Positions 29,317 to 40,030 of a stretch of DNA of 64,000 bases are shown here, piece by piece. The number at the start of each line of letters is the position of its first letter. The stretch's first letter is position 1. Under the pieces are notes generated by a model that did no database searches, was not told the origin of the DNA, and saw nothing but the letters and a program-made list of their open reading frames with translations. Source of the stretch: Candidatus Eiseniibacteriota bacterium (lineage in GTDB: Bacteria > Eisenbacteria > RBG-16-71-46 > CAVPCR01); contig CAVPCR010000003.1 of NCBI GenBank assembly GCA_963702435.1, positions 64,001 through 128,000 on the forward strand, read 5' to 3'. Both the position numbers and the translations under genes were made by a program.

Positions 29317-29859
29317 CTACTCGGTCGCGTAATCGACGAGCGCCGCCACGGGGTAGCCGGCGAGCTTCTTCCGCCCCGGGAGGAAGGAGAGCTCGACCAC
29401 GAAGGCGAAGCCCGCGACCTTCCCTCCCTGCCGCTCGACGAGCTTGGCCGCGGCGGCCGCGGTGCCGCCGGTGGCGAGGAGATCGTCCACGATGAGGACC
29501 TTCTGGCCCGGCTTCACCGCGTCCCGGTGCATCTCGAGCCCGTCCGTCCCGTACTCGAGGGCATAGGTCTCGCGGATCGTCTCCCACGGGAGCTTGCCGG
29601 GCTTCCGGGCCAGGGCGACCGGCAGGCCGAGCGCCGCCGCCGCCGCCCCGGCGAACACGAAACCGCGGGACTCGATGCCGACCAGGATCTCCGCTCCGGC
29701 CATGCGCGCCTCCGCGGCGACCCAGTCCACCGAGCTGCGGAACGCCGGCCCGTTCAGGAGAAGGGTGGTGATGTCCCGGAAGACGATGCCCGGCTTGGGG
29801 AAGTCAGGCACGTTCCGGATCAGGGATCGCAGGTCGTCCTTGAGCGAGACCGCGGGCAT
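29317..29859 (-). CDS. apt: Adenine phosphoribosyltransferase
   Basis: IRNVPDFPKPGIVFRDIT, ESRGF, YALEYG, VDDLLATGGT. Confidence 0.97.
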   Translation of the reverse strand: MPAVSLKDDLRSLIRNVPDFPKPGIVFRDITTLLLNGPAFRSSVDWVAAEARMAGAEILVGIESRGFVFAGAAAAALGLPVALARKPGKLPWETIRETYALEYGTDGLEMHRDAVKPGQKVLIVDDLLATGGTAAAAAKLVERQGGKVAGFAFVVELSFLPGRKKLAGYPVAALVDYATE

Positions 29860-29965
29860 GGAACCTCCTCGTGGCCAGGCGGATGCTGTGGATGCCGAAG
29901 GCAGGCAGCCACCGGGCCCGCCGAGGGGCCCGATGGCTGTTTGCGCGCAGCTTACCTTATCACGA

Positions 29966-31123
29966 TCATGCCGGCAGCGGCCGGCGGAGCACTAGCCGGG
30001 CGCGGGTTCCGTTCCCGTGCCCATGGTCCCCTCTTCCGTTCCCGTTGCCGCGTCCGTTCCCGTCTCCCCCGCCGTTTCCCCCGCTCTCCTCGACGCGCAC
30101 GAGCGTCCGGAGCTTCTCGAGCGCGCGCTTCTCGATCTGGCGCGTTCGCTCGCGACTCACGCCGAGGAAACCGCCGGTCTCGGCGAGCGTGTGCTCACGC
30201 CCGTCGAGGAATCCGAAGCGGATGCGCAGCACCGCCTCTTCCTTGCTGCCGAGGCGGCCGAGGAGCCGCGTCAGCCGCTCCTGCTCGAGGCGGAACTCGA
30301 TCTGCTCGTCCGGCCTGGGCGGCGGTTCCCGATCGTCGAGCCGCATGAAGCTCTCGAAGCCGAGCGCCGCCGGGGCGTCGATCGAGCGCGTGCCCGCGGC
30401 CGCCTCGCGCGTGCGCTCGATCATCTCGACGCGCGCCCCCATGGCCGCCGCGATCTCCTCCGCGTGCGGAGTGCGGCCGAGCCGCTGGGCGAGCCGGCGG
30501 TCGGTCTCGAAGAGACGCCGCATCGACTGGATGATGTGGAGCGGCACGCGCACGGTGCGCGACTGCTTGGCGACCGCCCTCGTGATGGCCTGCCGGATCC
30601 ACCACGACGCGTACGTCGAGAAGCGGAACCCACGCCGCGGATCGAAGCGATCGACCGCGGCCATCAGGCCCAGGTTCCCCTCCGCGACGAGGTCGAGGAG
30701 CGGGAGCCCCCGGGTCCGCTGCGCGTTCGCGAGCTTCACGACGAGCCGCAGGTTGGCGAGGATGAGCCGCCGCCGCGCTCCGTCGTCGCCGCGCTGCACG
30801 GCGAGCGCGATGGCGACTTCCTCCTTGGCGGTGAGCAGGGGGACGCGCCCGATCTCGTGGAAGTAGAGGACGAGCGGGTCCGCGATGTCCTCGTCGTCCC
30901 TGAGCCTGTGCAGCGGTCCCAGGGGCGGGCTCCAGTCGATCGGGATGTCTTCGTCCTGCGCGGCGGCCAGGAAGAGGTCGAACTCCTCCAGGTCGAATTG
31001 CGGGGACTTGACGATGCGGCTGATGATCGAGCCCGGAATCACTCCGTGCTCTCGCCCATGACTGAGGGCGCTCTCGAGCGAGGACGAGATGTTAAGGGCG
31101 GGGACCTCGGCTGCGCTCGACAT
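29966..31123 (-). CDS. Sigma70-family sigma factor, RpoS-like
   Basis: ANLRLVV, EGNLGLM, RGFRFSTYASWWIRQAI, VSRERTRQIE. surE-pcm-sigma-apt gene order. Confidence 0.9.
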   Translation of the reverse strand: MSSAAEVPALNISSSLESALSHGREHGVIPGSIISRIVKSPQFDLEEFDLFLAAAQDEDIPIDWSPPLGPLHRLRDDEDIADPLVLYFHEIGRVPLLTAKEEVAIALAVQRGDDGARRRLILANLRLVVKLANAQRTRGLPLLDLVAEGNLGLMAAVDRFDPRRGFRFSTYASWWIRQAITRAVAKQSRTVRVPLHIIQSMRRLFETDRRLAQRLGRTPHAEEIAAAMGARVEMIERTREAAAGTRSIDAPAALGFESFMRLDDREPPPRPDEQIEFRLEQERLTRLLGRLGSKEEAVLRIRFGFLDGREHTLAETGGFLGVSRERTRQIEKRALEKLRTLVRVEESGGNGGGDGNGRGNGNGRGDHGHGNGTRARLVLRRPLPA

Positions 31124-31397
31124 GGCTATCCCTCCTTGACGAGCCCCGTGCGATCGCCGGCGGAAGGCGACGCGGCATGGTGGATGCCGCCGCGCCTCGC
31201 CTGCAGGCACGAGGGATGCGGTCTGTACGAGAGGGACCTCGCGTCGTCAAGGGCTCGCTCATCGTGTGGGCGAGAGCGAACGAGCCCGCATGCGTCGGCT
31301 GACGGAGAGGGGACTCCGGTGGAGGGGGGACTTCCTCGAGAGAGGGACGACGGATTCGTCGACCGGTCTCGGCGTGGAGTCAGGTGTGATGTTGAGC

Positions 31398-31474
<77 letters not shown>

Positions 31475-31672
31475 AACCTGACACCACGCCGCCCCGCCCG
31501 TCAAGAGCGGGGAAGCAGCGGCAGCATAGCAGGGGCCCGGGGCGGGCACAACCTGCGATTCGACCGCCGCCCGGTCTTCCCGATCTCCACGGTCCTTTAC
31601 GGAAAGGACCCGCCGGTCCTTGCCGGCCCTGCTCCCACATCCCTGCCGGCCCGGGCCTGCAGGCGCGGGCCC

Positions 31673-32401
31673 TCACATCCCTGCCGGGCGATCGGGGACG
31701 AGCGGTACGAAGCGGCAGGGGCAGAGGCTCCGGGCCCGGAGTTCCCGGCCGCGCCGCGTGAAGGCGGTCAGGATCTGGGTGCCGTCCTCGGGGCCGACCG
31801 GGATGACGAGCCGGCCGCCCGGGAGGAGCTGCTCGACGAGCGCCCCGGGCACGGCGTCCGCTGCCGCCGAGACCAGGATCGCATCGTACGGCGCGGCCGC
31901 CGGCCAGCCCGTGAAGCCGTCGCCGACGACGACCTCGAGGTGGGCATGGCCGAGGGTCGCGAGGCGCACCCGCGCGAGCTCCGCGAGCTCGGGCAGGCGT
32001 TCGATGCCGACCACCCGACCGGCCAGGTGGGACAGGACCGCGCTCGCATACCCCGAACCGAGCCCCACCTCGAGCACTGTTTCCTGGCCGCGGAGAGCGA
32101 GCGACTCGACCATGAGGGCGACGATGTAGGGCTGCGAGATCGTCTGACCGTGGCCGATCGGGAGGGCGTGGTCGGCGTAGGCCTCCGCGCGGAGCCCGGG
32201 CGGGACGAAGAGCTCGCGCGGGACGGCCGCCATGGCCGCGAGGACCCGCTCGTCCCGGATGCCGCGGGCCCGGAGGTCGCGCTCGAGCATCCGCCGGCGA
32301 TCGCTCGCGAGATCCGGGGGCGACCGCCGCAAAAGGAAGTCGCGGAAGATCATGGTCGCTTCATCGCGGGGCCCGCGCGCCGGCATCGGCGTTCCGGACA
32401 C
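31673..32401 (-). CDS. pcm: Protein-L-isoaspartate O-methyltransferase
   Basis: VPRELFV, GQTISQPYIVA, VLEVGLGSGY, APYDAI, FVPL. Confidence 0.95.
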   Translation of the reverse strand: MSGTPMPARGPRDEATMIFRDFLLRRSPPDLASDRRRMLERDLRARGIRDERVLAAMAAVPRELFVPPGLRAEAYADHALPIGHGQTISQPYIVALMVESLALRGQETVLEVGLGSGYASAVLSHLAGRVVGIERLPELAELARVRLATLGHAHLEVVVGDGFTGWPAAAPYDAILVSAAADAVPGALVEQLLPGGRLVIPVGPEDGTQILTAFTRRGRELRARSLCPCRFVPLVPDRPAGM

Positions 32402-32458
32402 CGCGCCCGCTCGCGTTGCGGATGGCGCTCCGGCCCATGCGCCGTCTGGCGCGCCGGA

Positions 32459-33355
32459 TCATGCGCCAAGCGCGGACAGGTTCCAGGTCTCGAGCCGTTC
32501 GATCCCGTCATAATCGGTCCGATCCAGGCGGAGCGGGGTGATGGACACGTACCCGGTCTCGATCGCCGCGAAGTCGGTCGCCTCGTGTCCCTCGCCGCGC
32601 TCCCAGATCGGGGTCTCGCCGCCGATCCAGTAGTAAGGCCGCCCGTGGGGATCCACCTTGGCGATCACCACGTCCCGATACACGCGCTTCCCGAGGCGGG
32701 TCACGGCGAAGCCGCGGATCTCCTCGCGGCGGCGCGCCGGGACATTCATGTTGAGGAGGAGCCCGTCCTCCCCCGCCCCGGCCGTTCCGTTCGGCGCTCC
32801 GTTCCGCCCCCCGGGCGTCACCTGGCCAAGCTCGATGAGGCGCCGGACGAGGCGCGCGGTGAGCTCGCCGGCGTGGACGAGATCGCGCGCCGGCTCGCGT
32901 CCGAGCGACACCGCGAGCGCCGGGATGCCGAGCCGATGCCCCTCGACGGCGGCGGCCACCGTGCCCGAGTAGTTGACGTCGTCGCCCAGGTTGGGGCCTG
33001 AGTTGATGCCCGACACGAGGAGATCGGGCCGCCGCTCGAGGACCGCGTTCACGGCGAGGAGCACGCAGTCGGTGGGCGTGCCGTCCACGCTCCATACGTC
33101 GGGGGCGAGCTGCGTGAGGCGCAGCGGATCGTGGAGCGTCAGCGCGTGGCTCTTCGCCGACTGCTCGCGGTCCGGAGCCACGCACACGACACGCCCGGCC
33201 GGCGCGAGCGCGCGCCGGAGGCAGTCGAGCCCCGGCGCGCTCACCCCGTCGTCGTTGGTGACGAGGATGAGGAGCGGCTCGGACCCCGCTGCGGCCGGCG
33301 GCGGTGCAGGCGATGCGGGTGATGCGGGCGATGCGGGCGGCGGATCAGGGCTCAC
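32459..33355 (-). CDS. surE: 5'/3'-nucleotidase SurE
   Basis: ILVTNDDG, GTPTDCV, SGINSGPNLG..YSGTV. Confidence 0.96.
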   Translation of the reverse strand: MSPDPPPASPASPASPAPPPAAAGSEPLLILVTNDDGVSAPGLDCLRRALAPAGRVVCVAPDREQSAKSHALTLHDPLRLTQLAPDVWSVDGTPTDCVLLAVNAVLERRPDLLVSGINSGPNLGDDVNYSGTVAAAVEGHRLGIPALAVSLGREPARDLVHAGELTARLVRRLIELGQVTPGGRNGAPNGTAGAGEDGLLLNMNVPARRREEIRGFAVTRLGKRVYRDVVIAKVDPHGRPYYWIGGETPIWERGEGHEATDFAAIETGYVSITPLRLDRTDYDGIERLETWNLSALGA

Positions 33356-34091
33356 GACTCGACACCTCCCCCTTCGTGCGGCGCGCCCGCGCGAGTCCGA
33401 ACGCGACCGGGGCGAGCCGCGCCACGAGTCCGACGAAGCGGACCGTGTCGCGCAGCGGATGGATGTTACTCCTTTCCTCGCCGTAGATCGTCGCGATCGG
33501 CACGCTCGCGATCCGGAAGCCGGCCCGCGCCGCCTTGACGAGGATCTCGGACTCCGCTTCGAAGCGGTCGTAGCGGAGATCGAGGGCGGCGAGGACCGGC
33601 GCCGCGATCAGCCGATACCCGGACTGCGAGTCGGCGATCTCCTGCCCGGCGAGGAGCGAGACGACGCGGGAAGTGGCGCGGTTCGCGAAGCGGCGCAGCC
33701 ACGGCATGGCGCGAGTGTCGGCCATCCGGCTCCCGACGAGGAGGTCGCCGTCCCCGCGCGCGGCCGCGGCGAGGAAACCGCCCATCTCGGCGGGATCGTG
33801 CTGGCCGTCGGCGTCGAGCGTGAAGATCCACTCGGCGCCGGCGGCGAGCGCGGCGGCGAAACCCGTGCGCAGGGCCGCTCCCTTGCCGCGGTTCGCCGGG
33901 TGGACGAGGATCCGCACGCCGGCGTCCCGGGCGCCCGCGATCGAGCCGTCGGTCGCGCCGTCGTCGATCACGTAGATCGCGTCGGCGCCGAGCTCGCGGG
34001 CGGCCCCCGCCGCGACCCGTGCGAGGATTGGGCCGGGGTTGTAGGCGGGGATGACGGCGGCGACGCGGCCGGCGCGATCGCGGGCGGTCAT
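33345..34091 (-). CDS. Glycosyltransferase family 2 (DPM-like)
   Basis: VIPAYN, IDDGATD, NRGKGAAL, LDADGQH, DSQSGYR. Confidence 0.92.
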   Translation of the reverse strand: MTARDRAGRVAAVIPAYNPGPILARVAAGAARELGADAIYVIDDGATDGSIAGARDAGVRILVHPANRGKGAALRTGFAAALAAGAEWIFTLDADGQHDPAEMGGFLAAAARGDGDLLVGSRMADTRAMPWLRRFANRATSRVVSLLAGQEIADSQSGYRLIAAPVLAALDLRYDRFEAESEILVKAARAGFRIASVPIATIYGEERSNIHPLRDTVRFVGLVARLAPVAFGLARARRTKGEVSSREP

Positions 34092-34972
34092 GAGCGCGCT
34101 CCGCCGGCGACCGGCCAGATCGGGGCGAACACGAGCCACTGATCGGGATGCGCCGCGATCACGGCCTCGAACTCGCCGAGACAGCGGCCGACGAGCGCCT
34201 CGATGCGGCGCTCGGGGGCGAGCGCCTCGAGATCCGCGACCGGGACGGGCGGCCGGATGAGGAGGCGGTGCCGGCCGCCCTGCCCGCGGAGGCAGAAGCC
34301 CGGGACCAGCGCGGCGCCGGTGCGGAGCGCGAGGCTCGCGTGGGCGCGCGGCACCATGGTCGTCGCGTCGAAGAACTGCATCGGGATCCCCTGGTGGGCG
34401 TAGTCGCGATCCACGATGAGGCCGATCACCCCGCCCGCATGCAGGGTCTCGACCATGACGAAGGTGGACCCGGCGAACGGCAGCACCTCGATTCCCTTGG
34501 CCCGCCGGCGCTCGTCGAAGAAGCGCGTGACGCGCCCGGCCCCGTGCGGCAGCGCGACGGCCTTGACGCGGATCCCGGAGAGCGTGAAGAAGGCGCCCCC
34601 CCATTCCCAGTTCCCGATGTGCCCGGAGAGGAGGATGACGCCGCGCCCGCGGGCGAGCGCGTCCATCAGGTGCTCGAGCCCCTCGACGTCGATCGCCGCC
34701 GCCAGCCGTGCGCGATCCATGGCGGGGAGGCGCAGAAAATCGACGATGTTGTACGCGAAGTGATGGAACACGCGGCGCGCGATGCGCGCCGAGGGCTCGG
34801 GCCAGGCGGCGTTCCCGCGCACGTGCGCGAGATTGGCGATGACCGAGCGGCGCGAGCGCGCGTTGACGAGGTAGTTGAGATCGGCGACCGCGGCCGCGAG
34901 GCGATAGACGAGGGCGGGCGGCAGGAAGCGCGTGCAGAAGCTGCCGAGCTGGTAGAGGAAGTAGGCGATCAC
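34088..34972 (-). CDS. Lipid A / lysophospholipid acyltransferase (LpxL/PatA-like)
   Basis: GVILLSGHIGNWEWGG and HPDQW. Confidence 0.88.
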   Translation of the reverse strand: MIAYFLYQLGSFCTRFLPPALVYRLAAAVADLNYLVNARSRRSVIANLAHVRGNAAWPEPSARIARRVFHHFAYNIVDFLRLPAMDRARLAAAIDVEGLEHLMDALARGRGVILLSGHIGNWEWGGAFFTLSGIRVKAVALPHGAGRVTRFFDERRRAKGIEVLPFAGSTFVMVETLHAGGVIGLIVDRDYAHQGIPMQFFDATTMVPRAHASLALRTGAALVPGFCLRGQGGRHRLLIRPPVPVADLEALAPERRIEALVGRCLGEFEAVIAAHPDQWLVFAPIWPVAGGARS

Positions 34973-35029
34973 GCCCGGGGGTTCCGCATGGACGACGGAG
35001 GCGAGACGCTCCCCGGTCGGGAGTGGAAA

Positions 35030-35106
<77 letters not shown>

Positions 35107-35245
35107 ACCACGTCGACTCTGTGCAAGGAAGAAGGCTAGCAAGACCGGCCCTGGCGGGCAAGCCCTCGCGGGGGCCGGTCGGCACCGCCGGGGGGGATGC
35201 CGGCGCCGCCCCGGGGGACAGGCCGCGGCGGCTCCGGAGGTCCGT

Positions 35246-36055
35246 TCAATCGCTGTTCTCGCCGCCGAGGCCGCCAGGGATGCCGGCGGGGTCGCCGGCG
35301 TGGGCCTCGACCTCGCCGCCGCCCGGGGGGACGGCGACCCTGTCCTCCGGGCGCTCGGCAGGCTCCGCCGCGCCGTCCGGAACGTCCGCCGTGTCCTCGT
35401 CGTCTGGAACGTCCGCCGTGTCGTCGTCGTCCGGAACGTCCGCCGCACCGTCCGCGAGGACCATCTCCTCCTCGGCGTCGCCGGCGGAGTCCTCCTCGCC
35501 GCTCCCCTCGTCCGACCCGGCCTCCGCGGCGAGGTCGAGGTCGGTGAAGATTCCGCGCCGCGCCCGTTCGTTGTCGGGCGCGTCCTCGCGCCGCCCGAGC
35601 GCCTCGAGCGGGATCTCGCCGCGGAGCACCTGCAGGAGCTCGCCGAGGTCCTGCTTCAGCATCTTCAGGAGGTCGTCGCGGGAGATGCCGACGAAATCGA
35701 TCTCGGTCTGGGTGCCGCCGCTCCGGCGCTCATCGAGGAGCTTCCGCCGCGCTCCGGCGATCGTGAACCCCTCGTCGTAGAGGAGCTTCTTGATGCGGAG
35801 CGCCATCTTCACGTCCTTGACCCGGTAGCTCCGGTTGCCGGCCCGGTTCTTCTTCGGGCGCAGCATCTTGAACTGGGTCTCCCAGTAGCGGAGGACGTGG
35901 GCCTTGACGTTCAGGAGCTCCGCCACCTCGCTGATCGAGTAGTAGAGCTTGCCGCCGCCGGCGGTCTGGGACTCCCTCTCGGTACGTGTTGCCACGCGAG
36001 TCTCCGTGCGGGCGGTCGGCCGACCGCCGCGTGGGGTGTTGGACGCGCCCCTCAT
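35246..36055 (-). CDS. MerR-family regulator with an acidic repetitive tail
   Basis: KLYYSISEVAELL..HVLRYWETQF..LLYDEGFTIAGAR, upstream of tRNA-Pro(GGG). Confidence 0.9.
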   Translation of the reverse strand: MRGASNTPRGGRPTARTETRVATRTERESQTAGGGKLYYSISEVAELLNVKAHVLRYWETQFKMLRPKKNRAGNRSYRVKDVKMALRIKKLLYDEGFTIAGARRKLLDERRSGGTQTEIDFVGISRDDLLKMLKQDLGELLQVLRGEIPLEALGRREDAPDNERARRGIFTDLDLAAEAGSDEGSGEEDSAGDAEEEMVLADGAADVPDDDDTADVPDDEDTADVPDGAAEPAERPEDRVAVPPGGGEVEAHAGDPAGIPGGLGGENSD

Positions 36056-37419
36056 GGTGACTGGGTTCCGGTTGATCGGGTGCCCGCCGCCGGCGCGCGC
36101 CGCTTCCGGCGGGGGCGGGCGAAGGTGAGCGCGATCGCGGCCGGGCCGACGCCGAGCGCCGCGCGCAGTTGATGCTCGAGGTAACGCCGGTAGTGCGGCG
36201 GCAGCGCTTCGGGCTGCGTCGCCTCGATCACGAAGCGGATCGGGTTCACACCGCGCTGGACGGCGCCCCGGATCTCCTGGCGGCCGTGGGGCGGCGCCGG
36301 CGGCGGCGTCCGCTCGACCGCCGCCTTGACGGCGACCCCGAGCTCGATCTGGCTCCACTGCCGGTGCGACTCGTGATGGACCGCGGTCAGGAGCTCCGGC
36401 AGGCGTCCGAGCCGCTGTCCCGAGAGCGCCGACACGAACACCGCCGGCGCGTAGTCGAGCTCGACCGCGTGCTCGCGGAACGAATCCTCCATCCGCTTCG
36501 AGGTCATCGTCTCCTTGGCCACGAGGTCCCACTTGTTGAAGACCAGCACCGCGGGCTTGTGAGCCGCGCTGATGAGCGATGCGATCTTGTAGTCCTGATG
36601 GCTGAACGGCTGCGAGGCATCGAGCATCAGGATGGCGACCTCCGCCCGATCGAGGGCCTGCACCGCGCGCACCATGGCGTAGAACTCGGTGCGCGTGTCG
36701 ATGCGGGCGCGCCGGCGGAGCCCCGCCGTGTCCACGAGCACGAAGCGGTCGCCGCCGATCGTGCAGGCCGAGTCCACGGCGTCACGCGTCGTTCCCGGGC
36801 GGTCGTCCACGATCATCCGCTCCTCGCCGAGCAGCTGATTGACGAGCGAGGACTTCCCCACGTTCGGGCGCCCGACGATGGCGACCCGGATCCCCCCGCC
36901 GCCCTCGGAGATGGAGGTCGGCGGCGGCAACCGTTCGACGAGCGCGTCGAGGAGATCGCCGAGCTCGCGCCCATGCAAGGCCGACACGGCGAAGGCCGGA
37001 TCGAAACCGAGCCGGCTGAACTCGTAGGCGGCGAGCTCCTTGGCCGCGGAATCGGTCTTGTTGGCGACGAGGAGCACCGGCCGCGCGCTGGCCCGCACGA
37101 CGCTTGCGATCTGCTCGTCGAGCGCGGTCATGCCGGTCTCGACATCGACCACCAGGAGCACGCAATCGGCGAGGGTGAGGGCGGCCTCCACCTGGCGGCG
37201 GACGTGAGCGTCCATGCCGGTCGTCGCGTCCGGCAGGAGGCCGCCCGTGTCGACGAGGAGGAAGCGCGTGCCTCCCCACTCCGCCTCCCCCACCACGCGA
37301 TCCCGCGTCACCCCGGGCATGTCGTCGACGACCGCCTGCCGTCGCTGGAGGATGCGGTTGAAGAGGGTCGACTTGCCCACGTTCGGGCGCCCGACGATGG
37401 CGACGACGGGGCGGGCCAT
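36052..37419 (-). CDS. der: Ribosome biogenesis GTPase Der
   Basis: Two GRPNVGKS G-domains, DTGG / DTAG, NKTD / NKWD. Confidence 0.97.
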   Translation of the reverse strand: MARPVVAIVGRPNVGKSTLFNRILQRRQAVVDDMPGVTRDRVVGEAEWGGTRFLLVDTGGLLPDATTGMDAHVRRQVEAALTLADCVLLVVDVETGMTALDEQIASVVRASARPVLLVANKTDSAAKELAAYEFSRLGFDPAFAVSALHGRELGDLLDALVERLPPPTSISEGGGGIRVAIVGRPNVGKSSLVNQLLGEERMIVDDRPGTTRDAVDSACTIGGDRFVLVDTAGLRRRARIDTRTEFYAMVRAVQALDRAEVAILMLDASQPFSHQDYKIASLISAAHKPAVLVFNKWDLVAKETMTSKRMEDSFREHAVELDYAPAVFVSALSGQRLGRLPELLTAVHHESHRQWSQIELGVAVKAAVERTPPPAPPHGRQEIRGAVQRGVNPIRFVIEATQPEALPPHYRRYLEHQLRAALGVGPAAIALTFARPRRKRRAPAAGTRSTGTQSP

Positions 37420-38735
37420 CAGGCCTTCTCCCACACCGGGTTCGTGTGGAAGGGCTCGTCGCCGAGACCGAAGTGCACGGGCACGCCGAGCGCGGCGGCG
37501 AGCTCGTCGAGCGCCACGTCGTCGAGGAAGAGCGAGCGCCCGTTCACGCACGAGGGCGGCAGGCAGACGAGATCGCCGGGGCCGCGGGCGAGCACCGCCC
37601 GGCGGATGTCGTTCCCGCCGAGAAGTCCCGCCACCGTGATGCCGGGACCGAGGAACTCGTTCTCGACGACCACCAGGTCCACCGCGCGCGCGTGCCGCGC
37701 GAGGAGCCCCTGGACGAGCTCGGCCGCGATGAGCGGTGCGGCCATGACGCCGGTCACCACGGTGGCCCGGCGCCCGCGCACCCAGTCGACGATCGGAAGC
37801 TCGTCGCCCGCCTCGGCGAGACGCTCGATGAGACGGCGCGCGAGCCCGACGCCGTCCTCGAGCTGCGGAAAGTCCTGGTAGTACCCGGCGGCGGGGATCG
37901 GCGTCCCGGTCAGGAAGAACCACTCGTCGGCGAGGTAGATGAAGGGATGCCCGAGCTTCGTGCGGAACGTGCGGCCGAGCGACTCGACCTGGGCGATGAC
38001 CGTGCGCGCGAAGTCGGGGGTGACCGGTGTGAGCTCCGGGAGCCCGGCCCGGTGCCGCGTGAGCCCGAGCGGCACGACGGCGATCGACTCGACGCCGGGG
38101 TGGAGGGCGGCGAGGCCGGCCGCGGTGTCGGCGAGCACGGGGCCGTCGTTCAGCCCGGGACAGAGGACGACCTGCGCGTGGACCCGGATCCCGCCCGCCG
38201 TGAGCCGGCGGAGCCTCGGCAGGACGTCGGCGACGGACAGGTCGTCGATCCCGAGGAGACGGGCCCGCACCCCGGGATCGGTGGCGTGCACGGAGACGTA
38301 GAGCGGGCTCAGGCCCTGCTCGATGATGCGGTCGAACTCGGCCGGGCGCAGGTTGGTGAGCGTGACGTAGTTCCCGTGCAGGAAGGAGAAGCGGTAGTCC
38401 TCGTCCCGGACGTAGAGCCCGCGGCGGCGGCCCTCGGGCATCTGGTCGATGAAGCAGAAGACGCACTTGTTCCCGCAGACCCGCGCCTTCATCTCCTCGG
38501 TCTCGATGCCGAGGCTCTCCCCAGGGGCGCGCTCGATCGCGATCCGCCGCGGTCGCGCCCCGGCATCGCGGCTGATCACGAACTCGAGCTCGTCGTCGGC
38601 GGCGTGGAAGCGGAGATCGATGACGTCGCGGAGCGTCTCCCCGTTCAGGGAAACGATGCGATCCCCGGAGCGCAGTCCCGCGCGCTCCGCAACACTGCCG
38701 GGCTCGACGGCGAGGATAGGGAGGGGACGGGGCAT
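37419..38735 (-). CDS. PDZ + radical SAM-like DUF512 protein (TIGR03279 type)
   Basis: CGNKCVFCFIDQ, DEDYRFSFLHGNYVTLTN, PQLEDGVG. Confidence 0.9.
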   Translation of the reverse strand: MPRPLPILAVEPGSVAERAGLRSGDRIVSLNGETLRDVIDLRFHAADDELEFVISRDAGARPRRIAIERAPGESLGIETEEMKARVCGNKCVFCFIDQMPEGRRRGLYVRDEDYRFSFLHGNYVTLTNLRPAEFDRIIEQGLSPLYVSVHATDPGVRARLLGIDDLSVADVLPRLRRLTAGGIRVHAQVVLCPGLNDGPVLADTAAGLAALHPGVESIAVVPLGLTRHRAGLPELTPVTPDFARTVIAQVESLGRTFRTKLGHPFIYLADEWFFLTGTPIPAAGYYQDFPQLEDGVGLARRLIERLAEAGDELPIVDWVRGRRATVVTGVMAAPLIAAELVQGLLARHARAVDLVVVENEFLGPGITVAGLLGGNDIRRAVLARGPGDLVCLPPSCVNGRSLFLDDVALDELAAALGVPVHFGLGDEPFHTNPVWEKA

Positions 38736-38851
38736 GGGGTCTTCGCGCTCATCGAAGCGACCGCGGTCGGCGCCTCTTCCTGAACAAGAACGCCCGCGGG
38801 TGTGGGGCGGGCGTCCGGGGTGCCCGTGACCTCCGGCCACGCGGCGAGAAC

Positions 38852-38926
<75 letters not shown>

Positions 38927-39037
38927 TCGCGTGAACCTCCGGATGACGGCTCGGCAAAGTCCCCGCGGCCGCTCCGGCCACGTGTTCGCCCATTCGTTGA
39001 ACCGGCGCCGGTAACTTAGGCCAGGGGCTATGGATTG

Positions 39038-40030
39038 TCAAGCGCCGGAACCGGCGATTCCATCCCCCACGAGAAGAGCCAGGAGGCGGTCCGCGGTGAC
39101 CGCGGCCGGTTCCTCGGGTGCAAGGCGGACGCGGAGCGCCCCCGCCTCTCTCCGGAACCAGGTGCGCTGGCGGCGAGCGAACTGGCGGGTCGCCAGCGTG
39201 GCGGCCGCCACCGCCGCGTCGAGGCCCATGGTCCCGGCGAGGACGGCGAACGCCTCCCGATAGCCGATCGTGCGCGCGGTCGCATGGGCGGGGCCGAGAC
39301 CGCGCGCGCGGAGCGCCTCCGCCTCGGCGAGGAGCCCGCCGGCGAACATGGCGGCGGTGCGCGCGGCGATGCGCCCGTCGAGGTCGGCCGGGTCGCGGTC
39401 GAGGAGGACAACGCGCGTGCGCGCGCGGAGCGACGGCCAGGCCGCCTCGCGGCGGAGCGCGGAGAGCGGGCGGCCGGTCGCCGCGTGCACCTCGAGGGCC
39501 CGGATGAGGCGCACCCGGTCGTTCGGATGGAGCCGCCCGGCGCTCTCCGGATCGACCAGGGCGAGGGCGGCGTGGAGCGCGGGCGTGCCTTCCCGCTCGG
39601 CGCGGGTCTCGAGCGCGGCGCGGAGTGCGAGATCGCGCGGCGGCCCGGCGAAGAGCCCATCCACGAGCGCGCGCAGGTAGAGACCGGAACCGCCGGCCAC
39701 GATCGCCCGGGTGCGCCGTCGATCCAGATCGGCGAGGACGCGCCGGCCGTCCCGCGCGAAGTCGGCGGCCGTGTAGTGGCGGAGCGGATCGGCGAAGTCA
39801 ACGAGATGATGCGGGACCCGGGCGCGCTCGGCCGCCGTCGGCTGCGCGCTGCCGATCGTCATCCCGCGGTAGACCTGGCGCGAATCGGCGGCGATGATCT
39901 CGCCGCCCGAGCGCAGCGCGAGCGCGATCGCGACCGCCGTCTTCCCCGCCGCGGTCGGTCCGGCGACGACCCACAGCGGAAGATGCGGCGTTCCCGCGTC
40001 AGGTGCGCCCGAAGCGGCGGTCGAGGTCAT
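39038..40030 (-). CDS. miaA: tRNA dimethylallyltransferase
   Basis: GPTAAGKT, DSRQVYRGM, GGSGLY, TRQFARRQRTWFR. Confidence 0.96.
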   Translation of the reverse strand: MTSTAASGAPDAGTPHLPLWVVAGPTAAGKTAVAIALALRSGGEIIAADSRQVYRGMTIGSAQPTAAERARVPHHLVDFADPLRHYTAADFARDGRRVLADLDRRRTRAIVAGGSGLYLRALVDGLFAGPPRDLALRAALETRAEREGTPALHAALALVDPESAGRLHPNDRVRLIRALEVHAATGRPLSALRREAAWPSLRARTRVVLLDRDPADLDGRIAARTAAMFAGGLLAEAEALRARGLGPAHATARTIGYREAFAVLAGTMGLDAAVAAATLATRQFARRQRTWFRREAGALRVRLAPEEPAAVTADRLLALLVGDGIAGSGA